Shown here one piece after another: positions 15,820-32,709 of a stretch of 64,000 bases of DNA (positions are counted from its first letter, which is position 1; each line of letters starts with the position of its first letter). The notes under the pieces are model-generated. The model was not told the DNA's origin. It worked only from the letters and a program-made list of their open reading frames with translations, and made no database searches. The stretch is taken from positions 4,034,123-4,098,122 of the forward strand of contig NW_002060944.1 of the NCBI RefSeq assembly GCF_000150275.1, given 5' to 3'. Both the position numbers and the translations under genes were made by a program. The stretch is from Trichoplax adhaerens. Taxonomy: Eukaryota; Animalia; Placozoa.

Positions 15820-16740
15820 AATTCTACTGTTAAAATACGATATGTTACTCGACTATACTGTAGTAATTCTAATCGCCAATTCTATTGTAAATTACTGTTA
15901 GAATGAAGTGATTTGTTCCCTCCTCAACTTATTATAAAAAACACTTACTGAATTATGAAATATAACAGTGGCAGTTCAGAACAATATGAAAATTAAAAGA
16001 TTTAAAATCCACTTTGGATTAGAAGGTTTCTATTACTCTACGTTAAAAATTAATCACTTTCTAAGTTAGCAACATTAGTAGTAGTAGTATTATATTGGTA
16101 CTCTGTGGTGTGATTGAATATTGCAAATTACTTTTAGCATCAACTTTGTGTTTCCTTTTTAATCTTAACATAAAAATCACATGCTGAATTATGGGGTATA
16201 TCAGCAGCAATTATGAAGGAGAATACGAGATTTAAATCTATTTTAGGTTATAAGATTTGTATTAACTTCGTATAAGAACCAATCACTTTCCATGTTAACA
16301 ACATTAGTAGTAGTATATCGGCATTTTACTGCGTAATTAAATATTGTAAATTACTTTTAGTATGAAGTTGTTCATTCTTTCTTAACTTACGATAAAACAC
16401 TTACTGAATCACAAAGCATATCAGCGACAGTTATGAAGTAAAGTATGAAAACGGAAAGATATAAAATCTACTTTAGACTTGAGGGTTTTTATTTACTTCC
16501 TATTACAATTAACTACTTCCTTGATTAGCAATATTAGTAGTAATATTGTATTGACATTCTCCTGTGTGATTGAATATTATAAATTACTTTTAGCATGAGT
16601 CATTCATTTCCTTCTTAATTTATTATAAGAAACACTTCCTGACTTATAGAGTACATCAGCAGTAGTTATGAAGTAGAATATAAAAAATGGAAAGTAAAAT
16701 TTAAAACCTACTTTGAACTAGAAGATTTCTTTTATTTAGA
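15820..16740 (+). repeat. Four tandem ~230-bp decayed copies of MORN5 exon 1 plus its flanks
   Basis: Anchor AAATTACTTTTAG-like at ~15889, 16125, 16348 and 16580, and AAGTTACTTTTAG at ~20373. Each copy has an exon-1 look-alike: MKYNSGSSEQYEN* (~15955), MGYISSNYEGEYEI* (16191), one at ~16411 lacking ATG, and IEYISSSYEVEYK (~16646). The true exon reads MEYIGSSYEGEHKNGR. Confidence 0.85.
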
Positions 16741-16769
16741 CACTTGGTAGTTGTTTTAGTCAGGTCTTA

Positions 16770-17333
16770 AAATTTAAGTATTGGTTGATCTTTAAGACCT
16801 ACAACATTATTTAAAAGTGCTACAAAAAGATAACTATAATCAGTGTCCTTATGCATCATCCATCATTCATTGTACTTGCTTCCACTGGAAAGAAGCTGTC
16901 AGATATATCTTTGATAACTCTTTTTCTACAGTATTCGTCGATAAGTTTGAAATTTCATCTGATGACTCAGGATACTTTCGAACGAGTTCACCTAGATGAT
17001 GGCGGAATGTCTTAAAATCTTAAACTTTCTCGTTATCTGCAGTGTAATTTTGAGCAACTTTCTCTCTAAAGGCTATAGCTTCTCTATATATCTACCTTTC
17101 CCAATGTGGTCTCTATCCAGTCACGAATAGTATCGAAGGAAGATTCTTAATTTAACTCTTTTTTCCATCCACTTTTTTTCCATTTTCTTATTGCATAACT
17201 CACACAAAAACATCAGATTGCGAGTATCATTTTGTACTTGCACTGCGAATTCTTTTGTGGCTTAGACAAATATTTTGCTTATTTTATTACTTGGATTAGT
17301 ATGTTTATCTCTTCTAAATGTTAGATTTAAAAC
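16770..17333 (-). pseudogene. Truncated, frameshifted tandem duplicate of the 3' third and 3' flank of the HNH ORF
   Basis: 16770-17333 aligns by eye to 17335-17905. It retains QVQNDTRNLMFLCELCN (intact copy QVQNDTRNLMFMCSLCN) and the shared junction TATCTCTTCTAAATGTTAGATTTAAAACGT. It lacks the DH motif and has indels. Confidence 0.88.
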
Positions 17334-17471
17334 GTTATAATTTAAACACTTGTTGATCTTCGAGATCCACAATACGATATTATTTAAAAGTGCCAAAAAA
17401 GTTACTAGAATACAGAATTCTTATGCAGCATCATTCATTGTACTGCTTTTTGCCGGAAGGAAACTGTGAGA

Positions 17472-18677
17472 CTAAAGGTCCAGCTCTGATATCTTTTGCG
17501 TTATGGTATCCATCGCTAATTTTGAAATTTCTTTAACTGACTCAGGATACTTTTGAATGACTTCACCGAGATAATTACGGAATTTCTTAAAATCTTGTAC
17601 TTTCTCTTCATCTATAGTGTAGGTTCGAACAACTTTCTCTCTGAAGACTACAGCTTCTTCGAGAATCAACCTTCTCGATACATCCGCCTTTCCCAATGTA
17701 GTCTCTATTAGGTCTTTAATAGGATAAAAAGAAGATAATCCAACTAACTCGTCCTTCCATCCACCTTTTTTCCTTCTCTCATTACATAAACTGCACATAA
17801 ACATCAAATTGCGGGTATCATTTTGTACTTGCACTGCGAGAATTTTTGTGGCAAAGATAAATACTTTGCTTTTATTATCTCTTCTAAATGTTAGATTTAA
17901 AACGTAAAACTTATTTTTAGACAGTAAAAACTCATCATAGTCCTTCTTTTCTTGATCGCCACAAACTGATCTTAGTTTATTTAATAAATAAACAGAAGCC
18001 AATAGTTTCTCATGAATTTGTGTTTTAGGTAATACATGATCTACTTCTGGATCAGAGTTATGATCTTCACCTTTGATACTTTGAGAAAAAGGGCAAGAAA
18101 AGTTCTTTAAATCAACAGGCCTTCCTATTTTATCACTATATACTTTTTCCAACGCTTTTTTGGTAGCCTTGTTATAATTACTAACATATTTAGTGTGGAT
18201 ATCTCTACTGCATATATGATAGAAAGGTACAAAATCAACCCTTGATTCCTTAGCATTAGCAGCAGTAAATTTATTATTGCCGCAAATTACACCTTGAAAC
18301 TCGTAATTTAATACAGAATCCAAAAAGTCCTTTACTGTCGCTACTGTATCAGAAGTATCCGAATTGCACCTTGCATTATGAATATAATCGTAATCGAGTT
18401 TCTTTATTTTAGAACCATCTTCATTTTTAATTTCTATAATGGTGGCACGAAGTACGCTTTTAAGAATACATTTTCGTTTACCTTTTTCTTCTTTGAATAG
18501 CTTAGGAAAGTAGAGCATCGCGCAAGCCTTGATACAGGCTCTAAAGTTTCTGTAATTAGAATAATCAATATTTGTTACAGTGCCCGCCTTAACACTTGCT
18601 ATTAAAGACTTATTTCGATCCTTTTTTGCATCATATCTCGCAAAGATACTAACATTGGATGACATTTTATAAGCCAT
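17472..18677 (-). CDS. Uncharacterised intronless 401-aa protein with a split HNH (beta-beta-alpha-metal) nuclease motif
   Basis: Long uninterrupted ORF in AT-rich DNA. EVDHVLPK (His codon 18036-18038) is followed 71 residues later by NDTRNLMFMCSLCNERRK (CSLCN at 17781-17795), matching the HNH pattern xDHxxP...NxxNLxxxCxxCNxxK. Basic, Lys-rich. Confidence 0.75.
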   Translation of the reverse strand: MAYKMSSNVSIFARYDAKKDRNKSLIASVKAGTVTNIDYSNYRNFRACIKACAMLYFPKLFKEEKGKRKCILKSVLRATIIEIKNEDGSKIKKLDYDYIHNARCNSDTSDTVATVKDFLDSVLNYEFQGVICGNNKFTAANAKESRVDFVPFYHICSRDIHTKYVSNYNKATKKALEKVYSDKIGRPVDLKNFSCPFSQSIKGEDHNSDPEVDHVLPKTQIHEKLLASVYLLNKLRSVCGDQEKKDYDEFLLSKNKFYVLNLTFRRDNKSKVFIFATKILAVQVQNDTRNLMFMCSLCNERRKKGGWKDELVGLSSFYPIKDLIETTLGKADVSRRLILEEAVVFREKVVRTYTIDEEKVQDFKKFRNYLGEVIQKYPESVKEISKLAMDTITQKISELDL

Positions 18678-20039
18678 GTTATAAGATGCTTCAATATTTA
18701 TTTATTAAATTCGAATTTCTGTACAGTATGTAAGCTGGAAAAGCTCAACGAATAAAATACTATTGGCCGTTGCATTCACGGAAAACCACAGTTTCGCAAT
18801 GAGAGTATCAAATTTATGAAAGTAAATAAGCCAAATAGTTAAAAAGTTAAGACATCGGTCTTTAAAGGATTATTTTAGATGTCCATGTATTATAAATGAA
18901 TTAAACTGGCCAGGATGCAGGTATTCCGAAAGCAACTTGAATATGATGGCATAATAAAAATGTAAATTTTGTTAATCAACGATGAAATCAAGTTTAATTA
19001 AGAATTTAACTCTATAATGAGCGCTTGGCTATGATGTTAGTTTACTTAAAATGATTACAATTAGCAGTGCATCAAGCATAACATAAGAAAGCTTTCTTTA
19101 GTAATAAAATACTCGTTCAAGAATTGAATTAAAAGATTTATGAGATAGTTTTTTGAAAACTAGTTCATCTTTTGGATCGCTATATTAAAGAAACAATACG
19201 AGTAAATAAAGTGCACGTTACATTATATAGTCATATCCCTTTCTAAAATTTTAATAACTTAAAGAAATGACTGTAGTGTTATCTATAAATGCTATTATTA
19301 GCATATATCTAGGTTAATATTTTCACTCTTTGTTTACCAGTCCTTTTGAATACATTCATCTCTATCGTATATCTATGTCTCCATTACTCCTGCAATTACT
19401 AAAGAGACAGGTTTACAATTATAATTTACGGGAAAAAATAGGTCATACACGCTCTTCATGTAACAAGAGAAAATACACTTGCAAACTTTCTGAAATTATC
19501 TACCTTAACCAAAGTAAACACCCGTGATTGGACTGCTAATATCGAGCAATAACAACTAATTACGCTTGATCACAGATAACTGCCGGCTAAATAGTGAATT
19601 TGCTATCATATAATTAACAGAATATGCAAAATGGAGTCTTGTAGAATTAGAAAAACAGCTTAATATCAATTCTACTGTATATATACACTTCTAAAATATA
19701 TCAATAAGAATTCTTTTGACAGAATCCTACTATATACTATGATGTTATGCTATCAAGAATAGATTACATAAGGTACTCACATCCCATAGCGGAATAATTA
19801 TCGCTTCCTTAGGTATTATATGAGTTTATGTTCAGCTTGGATGATAAATAGATAGATAATCGGATTATCGAATCGTCAGAGCATGGACGAAACGAATGAT
19901 TCTAGTAAGTTTACTTCTAATGCAAATAATTTATAAATTCACAGCTCTATAACGGAGTATTTCCTCTACTTTATTCCACAGCGCAGAAACTAGGTAAATA
20001 TAGTTATAACTTTTCTATAGCGAAAGCTCTGGTAACGCT

Positions 20040-20053
20040 GTTACCATGGAGAC
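20040..20053. promoter_or_regulatory. RFX X-box GTTACCATGGAGAC
   Basis: The reverse complement GTCTCCATGGTAAC fits the X-box consensus GTHNYYATRRNAAC. It lies ~380 bp upstream of the MORN5 ATG, with an extra half-site GGTAAC at 20031-20036. Confidence 0.65.
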
Positions 20054-20435
20054 GAACTTGTATATTATACACAATATAGTATAGAGGGGCATATTATTAT
20101 CAAAGAGCTGTACAGTACGTACACTCGAGAAGGTCAAGAGTATAACATAATCATATAGCCTTTAGCGAGCTACTAATTGTTCGCATTTACATATTTTAGC
20201 TTTTATTAAAGTATCGATCAAGCGCTTCACTAACTAGGCAATAGACGTCGCCGCATCTACCCTGTTAAAATCAGCGGGCGGAATTAGAATATGAGATAGA
20301 ATCATTTTATAAATTAACATCATCAGTATTAGTAGTACGATATTAGTGTTATACTGTGGGATTGAATTCTATAAGTTACTTTTAGTATAAAATTATTAAC
20401 TCTCTTTTTAATTATAATAATAAACTTACCAAAGT

Positions 20436-22920
<2,485 letters not shown>

Positions 22921-24196
22921 AATTATAGTTTTAATCGTATGCAATAACTTATAAAATGATCTCGAAGGTATACGAGAAAGGTATACTTACAATATGACCT
23001 ACCGATTCTATAACGACAAGCTTCTAAAAGCCTGTATTTACTTTGTACATTGTACAAGTAATGAGTCTACTATATATTATATACTGTACTTTGGTGCGAA
23101 GATATTTTAGTAATTATTTTCCAATTTAAATTATCGATTTTATACGATGTTGACATGCTCCTGGCACATATTCATGGATGTATTCGCACATGAAAATAAA
23201 CGAATTGTGAGAGTAATAATAAAAAATTCGACAGCAACTCGTAACATTTCCTTATAAAATTTTAAGGATATTTTAGAGATTTGCCCACGCTGCAACAATT
23301 TAAAATCGATCAACTTTGATTATACAATTTTCTTATATGTTAACGCTACAAAGTTGGTAATAGTGAAAAATAAAAGATCTCTTTATATCAAATTGACTAA
23401 TGCATTTTATAAACAACTTTAAATAATAGTAGTTGTATAATTAATATATTACGGGTATAAGTTGATTTTCCATATGCATTTAGCTGCAGTAATTGTATAA
23501 AATACTATTTGCAGCTTTTTTAGGCATGATAAAATACAATACTGTACTGGAAATCGTAATTTCCAAACTGCTCTTCAGATATTGAAACTAAACCTTTCAG
23601 AGCTTCAGAGCTTAGCTTTATGAACGAGAAAAGCCGCCTTGATTCTTATTGAAAGCCTTCAGAAGAGTTTGATCTCATTACTAACATCATGCAGTACCAC
23701 ATAGCAACGTAAAATTTACTAGCTTGTTAGTTGCCCAGTTAGAGGAGCATTTGCCTTGCGAGGTCCTCATAATTGATGAAGGAAAGTTTACATAATCGTG
23801 AACGATTTTAAAAACAATTATGGATGGATTTTCTAACGTATAAATAACTTGAGGCGTACCGATTCCATTCCATTCAGAAATTTTTCTTGACTTAATCAAC
23901 GCTCAACACGCTAATCTGACTATCCCTTCTTACTACAGATTACAGTTAAAACTACAGACTACTAGAAATTTTAACTCAATTATCGGGAATAAAAATAATA
24001 TTGCATCCATCGTTTAATTAGAGATACAGAAAAATGCACCTTAGGGCCTTAGCCAAGTAAAATGTATCATTGCTCGGGAATCTTAAGATAAAGTATACGA
24101 TACAATTCGAAATATTTTACCACCCAAAGTTAAAACTTTTTACAACATTCCTTTATTGGTAAAGTTGGTATCAATCTAATAACAATTTACAGTTGT

Positions 24197-26243
24197 TTAA
24201 ACCATTTTAGCAGACAAATCCTTTGCTTTTGATTTTTCTATTTTTTTCATGGCAGCTATAGATTTGGCACCCATTTCACCACCACCCCAGTGCTTACGAA
24301 TCTGTCATAAATCATAAATCATATACAAATTGTAAGATAACTTATAAAATGTTAATAACACATTATTTACAAATCGTACCTCGTCTCCACGATCATTATA
24401 ATTGGATTTGACGGCATCAACCAAAGTAGCTAAGGCATTCTTATCTTCGCTGTAATAAGTATCATTCGAAAATAATAAATAAAAGATCAGTAATCAGAAC
24501 GAGATTGGATATGACACTGACGGTGCCGTACCTGTTGACAGATGTAACGGCTAAACAGGTTGCAGTTTTTTGATGAACAACTTTTCCCAATCTATATAAG
24601 ATTAAACTCTAGTAAGTACTACAATTACTTTTAAATTGAAAGTCGGCATAGGAACATCATTATAGCATTTGTTGCTACGTATAGCAATAATAAAAAGTGT
24701 CTTATTGTTAGCACCTAGCTTTTCCTTTGACTATGCAATAAGGTACTCCCATCTTACGACATAGGGCAGGCAGCCAAACAACAAGCTGTAAGCAAGGGTA
24801 AAATTGATAGATCATGGTTAGAAAAGATATTTATAAGTTAAAAGGTATCATTACCTAACAAATTCATAATACGATGCAAATCGTCATGCAATATAAAGGT
24901 AAATCTAAGCTAGATCACACACTACACAGGGTAGCTAATCAAAAACTTTTGGATTGTAATGTACGTTCAGTAAAATCAGAGCCTAGACATCTAACCTCGA
25001 TGGGGTCAACATCGTGGGCAATAGCAACAAGGTTAGCTCTTTTTCCTTCTATCAAAGAAGTAACGTGATTGAGTCCAAACTTAACGACTGAAGGTTTCTT
25101 GCTCGGTTGAGAATCTTTTCCACTAGCTTTCTTTTCCGCAATTTCTGTTAAGCGTTGCTTTTTGGCTTGCTTGGTTTCAGGTCGATACTTGTTCAATAAA
25201 CGGAACAATTTGACGGCTACAATGATAGGATAGGATCGTAAGATGAAGACTATAACGAATATTAAATGGATCATTTATAGGTAGAATTAAATTGATTCTT
25301 CTTACCTGTTTGTCTGTCTAAGGTATCGGAAAATTGATTAATACTAGGAGGAATTTTCAGACGCTTTTGTAAAGTCGATCTTTGTCGTTGCAATCTGATG
25401 TACTTGGGCCATCTCATGAAATGTGTAAGATCACGCTTTGGCTGGATATCGCAACCTATTAAGGCAAATGACGGAGGAAATAGGAAACAATTGAAAGGAT
25501 ACCTAGATGTTTCTAATTGATCCAGTTGCAGCTAGATATTTGTTAACTTTAAGGCTACCACTGATTCTATTCGTATCCTACTCTAGTCATTAATTGGATC
25601 ACTTAGGACACTGTCGAAATGAAATGACTTACCAATACCAAAATTCTTCGGTCTACGCTCAATCAATGGATTGGTTACTTTCTTAGTAGCCTGCTTCTTG
25701 GCTACATAAGGAGCAGGGGCTACCTTGGACTTTCCTTTTCTAGTCTTAGCCTAAACAGTTTTAAAATATAAGTCAGAGGTTTAGGCTTACTTTGCCATCA
25801 CGACCACGATTAATCGATGCTCTACTCTTCTTCTACAGTGATGAAGCAAAGTATAGACATGGCAAGAGATGTTGAAGGTAACTACAGGCAATTTCTTGTA
25901 TACATAGAAGCAACTTTTGAATGACTTCAGCAATATAACATCGGTAGTGCAATAAAAAAGAACTCTTTGCTGTAGACCAGCAGTAGACCATGAATTAACA
26001 AGCATTTTTAGCTGATTCTACTGAAGGATAACTATCGAACAAGGAATTGACCACTACACTACTACGCAGTCCAACTGGAATGAAAAAAAAATGGCAATAA
26101 GCAAAGTAAAGTCAAAAAATCTTTCATGACTGCGTCCGCTATCAAATTAGCATGTCAAGAATCATTCTTAGAGTTAGTTATGGCATAAGATGTTGAAGAT
26201 TTGATCAAGATACTTTCTCTATCGCCACGATTCTACTCACCAT
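24197..26243 (-). CDS. RPL7A: 60S ribosomal protein L7a (eL8, Surfeit-3)
   Basis: First coding exon is only the ATG (26241-26243, followed by GTGAGT). Then [15 protein letters not shown]...[75 protein letters not shown]; stop at 24197. Confidence 0.97.
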
Positions 26244-26251
26244 TGCTATCG

Positions 26252-26270
26252 AAAAAGGCAGAGGAGAGAT
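26252..26270 (-). promoter_or_regulatory. 5' terminal oligopyrimidine (TOP)-like tract / TCT-type start site of RPL7A
   Basis: The minus strand reads TCTCTCCTCTGCCTTTTTC just upstream of the ATG, as is typical of ribosomal protein genes. Confidence 0.6.
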
Positions 26271-26314
26271 CTTCAGTCTCGTCGGTCTGGTAATATCCAC
26301 GCGTGGATCAAAGC

Positions 26315-26607
26315 TACAGTACCCCTGTACAATGCAACCATAGGGTTGTGGCTAGGCCGCTCGGGGTTGAGCCCATACACGTACAGTATACTGTAGTAAA
26401 ATCAGTAGGACACGTGTAAAGTAGAGTACATAATGAAAAGTCGCACAGTACAGTACTGTACACAATCACAAAAAGTACTGTACGGTACTGTACTGTACTG
26501 TACATACAGTACATCATGAAAAGTCGCACAGTACCAGTACTGTACACAATCACAAAAAGTACTGTACGGTACTGTACAGTGAGTGTACAGTACAGTACAG
26601 TACAGCA
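26315..26607. repeat. TACAGTA/TACTGTA-rich low-complexity block containing a ~60-bp direct repeat (offset ~83 bp)
   Basis: ATGAAAAGTCGCACAGTAC(C)AGTACTGTACACAATCACAAAAAGTACTGTACGGTACTGTAC occurs at ~26433 and ~26516, among many TACAG/CTGTA pentamers on both strands. Confidence 0.85.
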
Positions 26608-26760
26608 CTCGACCAGAAGAAGACCTGGACTGATTACTCTTGGATGGACAGACATTTTCGGCCTCATCTCCTCAAAATAATGCAGTATTGTACCAAACAC
26701 TTCGTTATGACGGTACTTTTGTATGCAAATGGTCGATTTTAAATTGACCGATTTTTCCTA

Positions 26761-27186
26761 AATTAACTAATATGAATCTTATGATCTGTTACTAAGTTTC
26801 ACTTGGAAAGAGTTGTAGAAGATCATCAAAACTATTCAAATTAGTGCCAGTGATTGAGAAAATAGACACACAAGATCCATACTAAGTAGTCATTTTTCGA
26901 TCAATTAACTAATATCACGTTCAATCTTCTATTACTAAGTTCCGCTTGGAAAGAGTTATAGAAGATCATCAAAGCTATTCAAATTAGTACCAGTGATTGA
27001 GAAAACAGACACACAAGATCCATACTAAGTAGTCATTTTTCGATCAATTAACTAATATTACGTTCAATCTTCTATTACTAAGTTCCGCTTGGAAAGAGTT
27101 GTAGAAGATCATCAAAGCTATTCAAATTAGTACCAGTGACTGAGAAAACAGACACACAAGATCCATACTAAGTAGTCATTTTCCGA
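26761..27186. repeat. Near-identical tandem repeat, 142-bp unit x3
   Basis: Units start AATTAACTAATAT at ~26761, 26903 and 27045. Each carries CTTGGAAAGAGTT..GAAGATCATCAAA and AGACACACAAGATCCATACTAAGTAGTCATTTT. Confidence 0.95.
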
Positions 27187-27467
27187 TATGGACGGCCTCA
27201 TTTGGTCAGGAAATCCGCACGTCCGAGGGAAGTAATCATTTTACTCTACAGTACTATGCAGTGTAAACGTTCGATATACCGTACACTGTACACTGTACGA
27301 TACAGTACCGAACGGACGTGTTGTGGACTACTGGACAACCGGACTGTCCTGTTGTCCTTTTTCTACCTACAGTCTATATTTGCCGCTTGCTGGTGCGATC
27401 TTGACGCTTGGGCAAGACTAACTAAGATAGAATTTCAATTGATTCAAAGTGCGTTCTCCAAAGCAAA

Positions 27468-28452
27468 ATGAGTCCCGTTGGAGGTGAACAACAAAGCAGA
27501 TTACAAGAAATTAACTCTAAAAATTACCTACGAAGAGTGAAAGATGACGTGAAATCCATCTTGGATAACTTTACTAGCATTCTGTCTGCATCCAAGGTAC
27601 TGTACTGTCTATTAGCAGTCGTTTATTCTTTGATTCCATGGGTCAATGAGATTGGTAGACAAAATTGGACTCATAATAATGTTGGAACATGGATACAAAA
27701 ATTGACTCTATTCCGTTCATTCACTATACAGTATATACCAGAGTAGATATTATAACGGATCTTCTATAAAGATATGATACAATTTGTTTTAGATTCAAAT
27801 AAATTTCCATACAACATTATGTCGTCTTTGAGAAAGCAAAATAATTTGTATTTGACGTATAATTCATTATTCGTGTTATTTCATTGGACTACAAGTTTGG
27901 AATTAAATTGAATGGTTGACTTTTTGCATAGGTGAAAGAAGAATCGCAATTGAATGGTTCTGCCCAGTCTGTCATGGACCGATACGAAATGCATGTTCGA
28001 TCATCAAATATAGTAAGTTCATTGCCATGTCATCGAGATGAACGAGACTAAATCTTCTAACATTCTTAGCTTATGAATTGTATACTAGTCGATCACGGTA
28101 TGACTGTATGCACAAATGATATCTATGTTAAGAGCATCACTAATAAATTATTTGGCCACGACGTGATCCATGTTACTTACAGTATGCTAATGTCTAATTT
28201 AGTGATAATGTTGTAAACTTAATTTTTTTATAGACACGAGCTGCAGAGTCATTAGTCCAGCTTATTGACGAATTGAAAGAATCGCTTATATTGGACGACT
28301 TTACTTCTCTGAATGAAGCCAACGACGCTAAGCGCAAGCAGTTTGAACAATATATACAACATTCCAATAGTGAATTGCAGAAAATAAAGCATGGCATTGG
28401 TCAAGATTTACAACAACTGGAAACTGAATATTATAATTCAGCTTATAAATAA
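27468..28452 (+). CDS. MED22: Mediator subunit 22 (Surfeit-5), 3 exons
   Basis: Exons 27468-27596, 27932-28012 and 28234-28452 give YLRRVKDDVKSILDNFTSILSASK / DRYEMHVRSSNI / TRAAESLVQLIDELKESLILDDFTSLNE...DLQQLETEYYNS. Confidence 0.93.
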
Positions 28453-29396
28453 TTATTCAACGAGTCTATAGGATTCATGACTGTATAAAGAATGACGTAC
28501 TGTACTGCTTGTAAATCGATTTAATGTACAGACGGTAAATTGCATCTTAGATGTCATTTTATTTGTAATAACTAATAAAGTGTAATCGGAATTATAATAG
28601 AAAATTACACATATGAAGATACTCTAACGTAATAACATCAGCCCCCTTCTGATTCTTGTAAAATAGACTACATATAATTCAGACTTCTTATTTCCAGAAT
28701 CATTTACTATCGTAAAACAAAACTACGGTATAATTTTGCAACCTGTTCTCTTTGCCCACTGTTGTATACTTTACGGCATCCCTTTAATAAATTTCCTATT
28801 GTATTATAATGACTGCAGTTTGATAAATTCACTATAATAAATATACATTGCATTAGACTATCTTGCCTTATTATGCAATCATTAAAAGTTGTAGAAAGTT
28901 TTGCAATTTGCAAATCTTTGGAATGAAAGCACTCTAATCAATCGATTTTCTGTAACATTTGTTATACATAGATTTTATTCTTTACAGTGAACTCTATAAT
29001 TCTGCAACGATTACATATTGAATCGTAATTTAATTAAATGATTCATAGCTGCTACATAACTTGTGTAGCAATCTTTATCGTAAAGTAGTAGTATGCATGC
29101 ATCGGTCGATAATGGATTACAAAATAGTTGTGTTGATCGACTTCAACTTGTATTCCAATTTCTGTTACAGAATAACATACTTGTTAAATAGCCATGGATA
29201 TGATTATTTGTAATCTATATAGCGGTACTTTTAATATTAGCTACATTATAAAAAAACAGTATGGACATCCTAAGTTATTTAAATTATTGATGGCATACAA
29301 TCAAGCTGTTATGACCTATACAGCCAAGTAATAGCGCTGAAAATAATTGACATCATAGATCTTTCTAAGAGAACATAATCAAGCGCTTATAGAAAT

Positions 29397-32709
<3,313 letters not shown>

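Noticed and set aside
15820-16740. Nuclease-adjacent array as a CRISPR-like repeat-spacer locus
   Set aside because: Units are homologous end to end and derive from MORN5 exon 1. There are no constant repeats with unique spacers and no Cas or RuvC domain.
23570-23692. Minus-strand ATGATGT followed by several CTGA (C/D snoRNA-like), and plus-strand GAAGAGTTTGATC resembling the 5' end of bacterial 16S rRNA
   Set aside because: It lies outside any intron, downstream of the RPL7A poly(A) signal. I found no convincing rRNA guide, and the 16S-like match is 13 nt with no continuation.
26314-26700. Cys/Thr/Val/Tyr-rich ORFs
   Set aside because: Translation artefacts of the TACAG/CTGTA low-complexity repeat.
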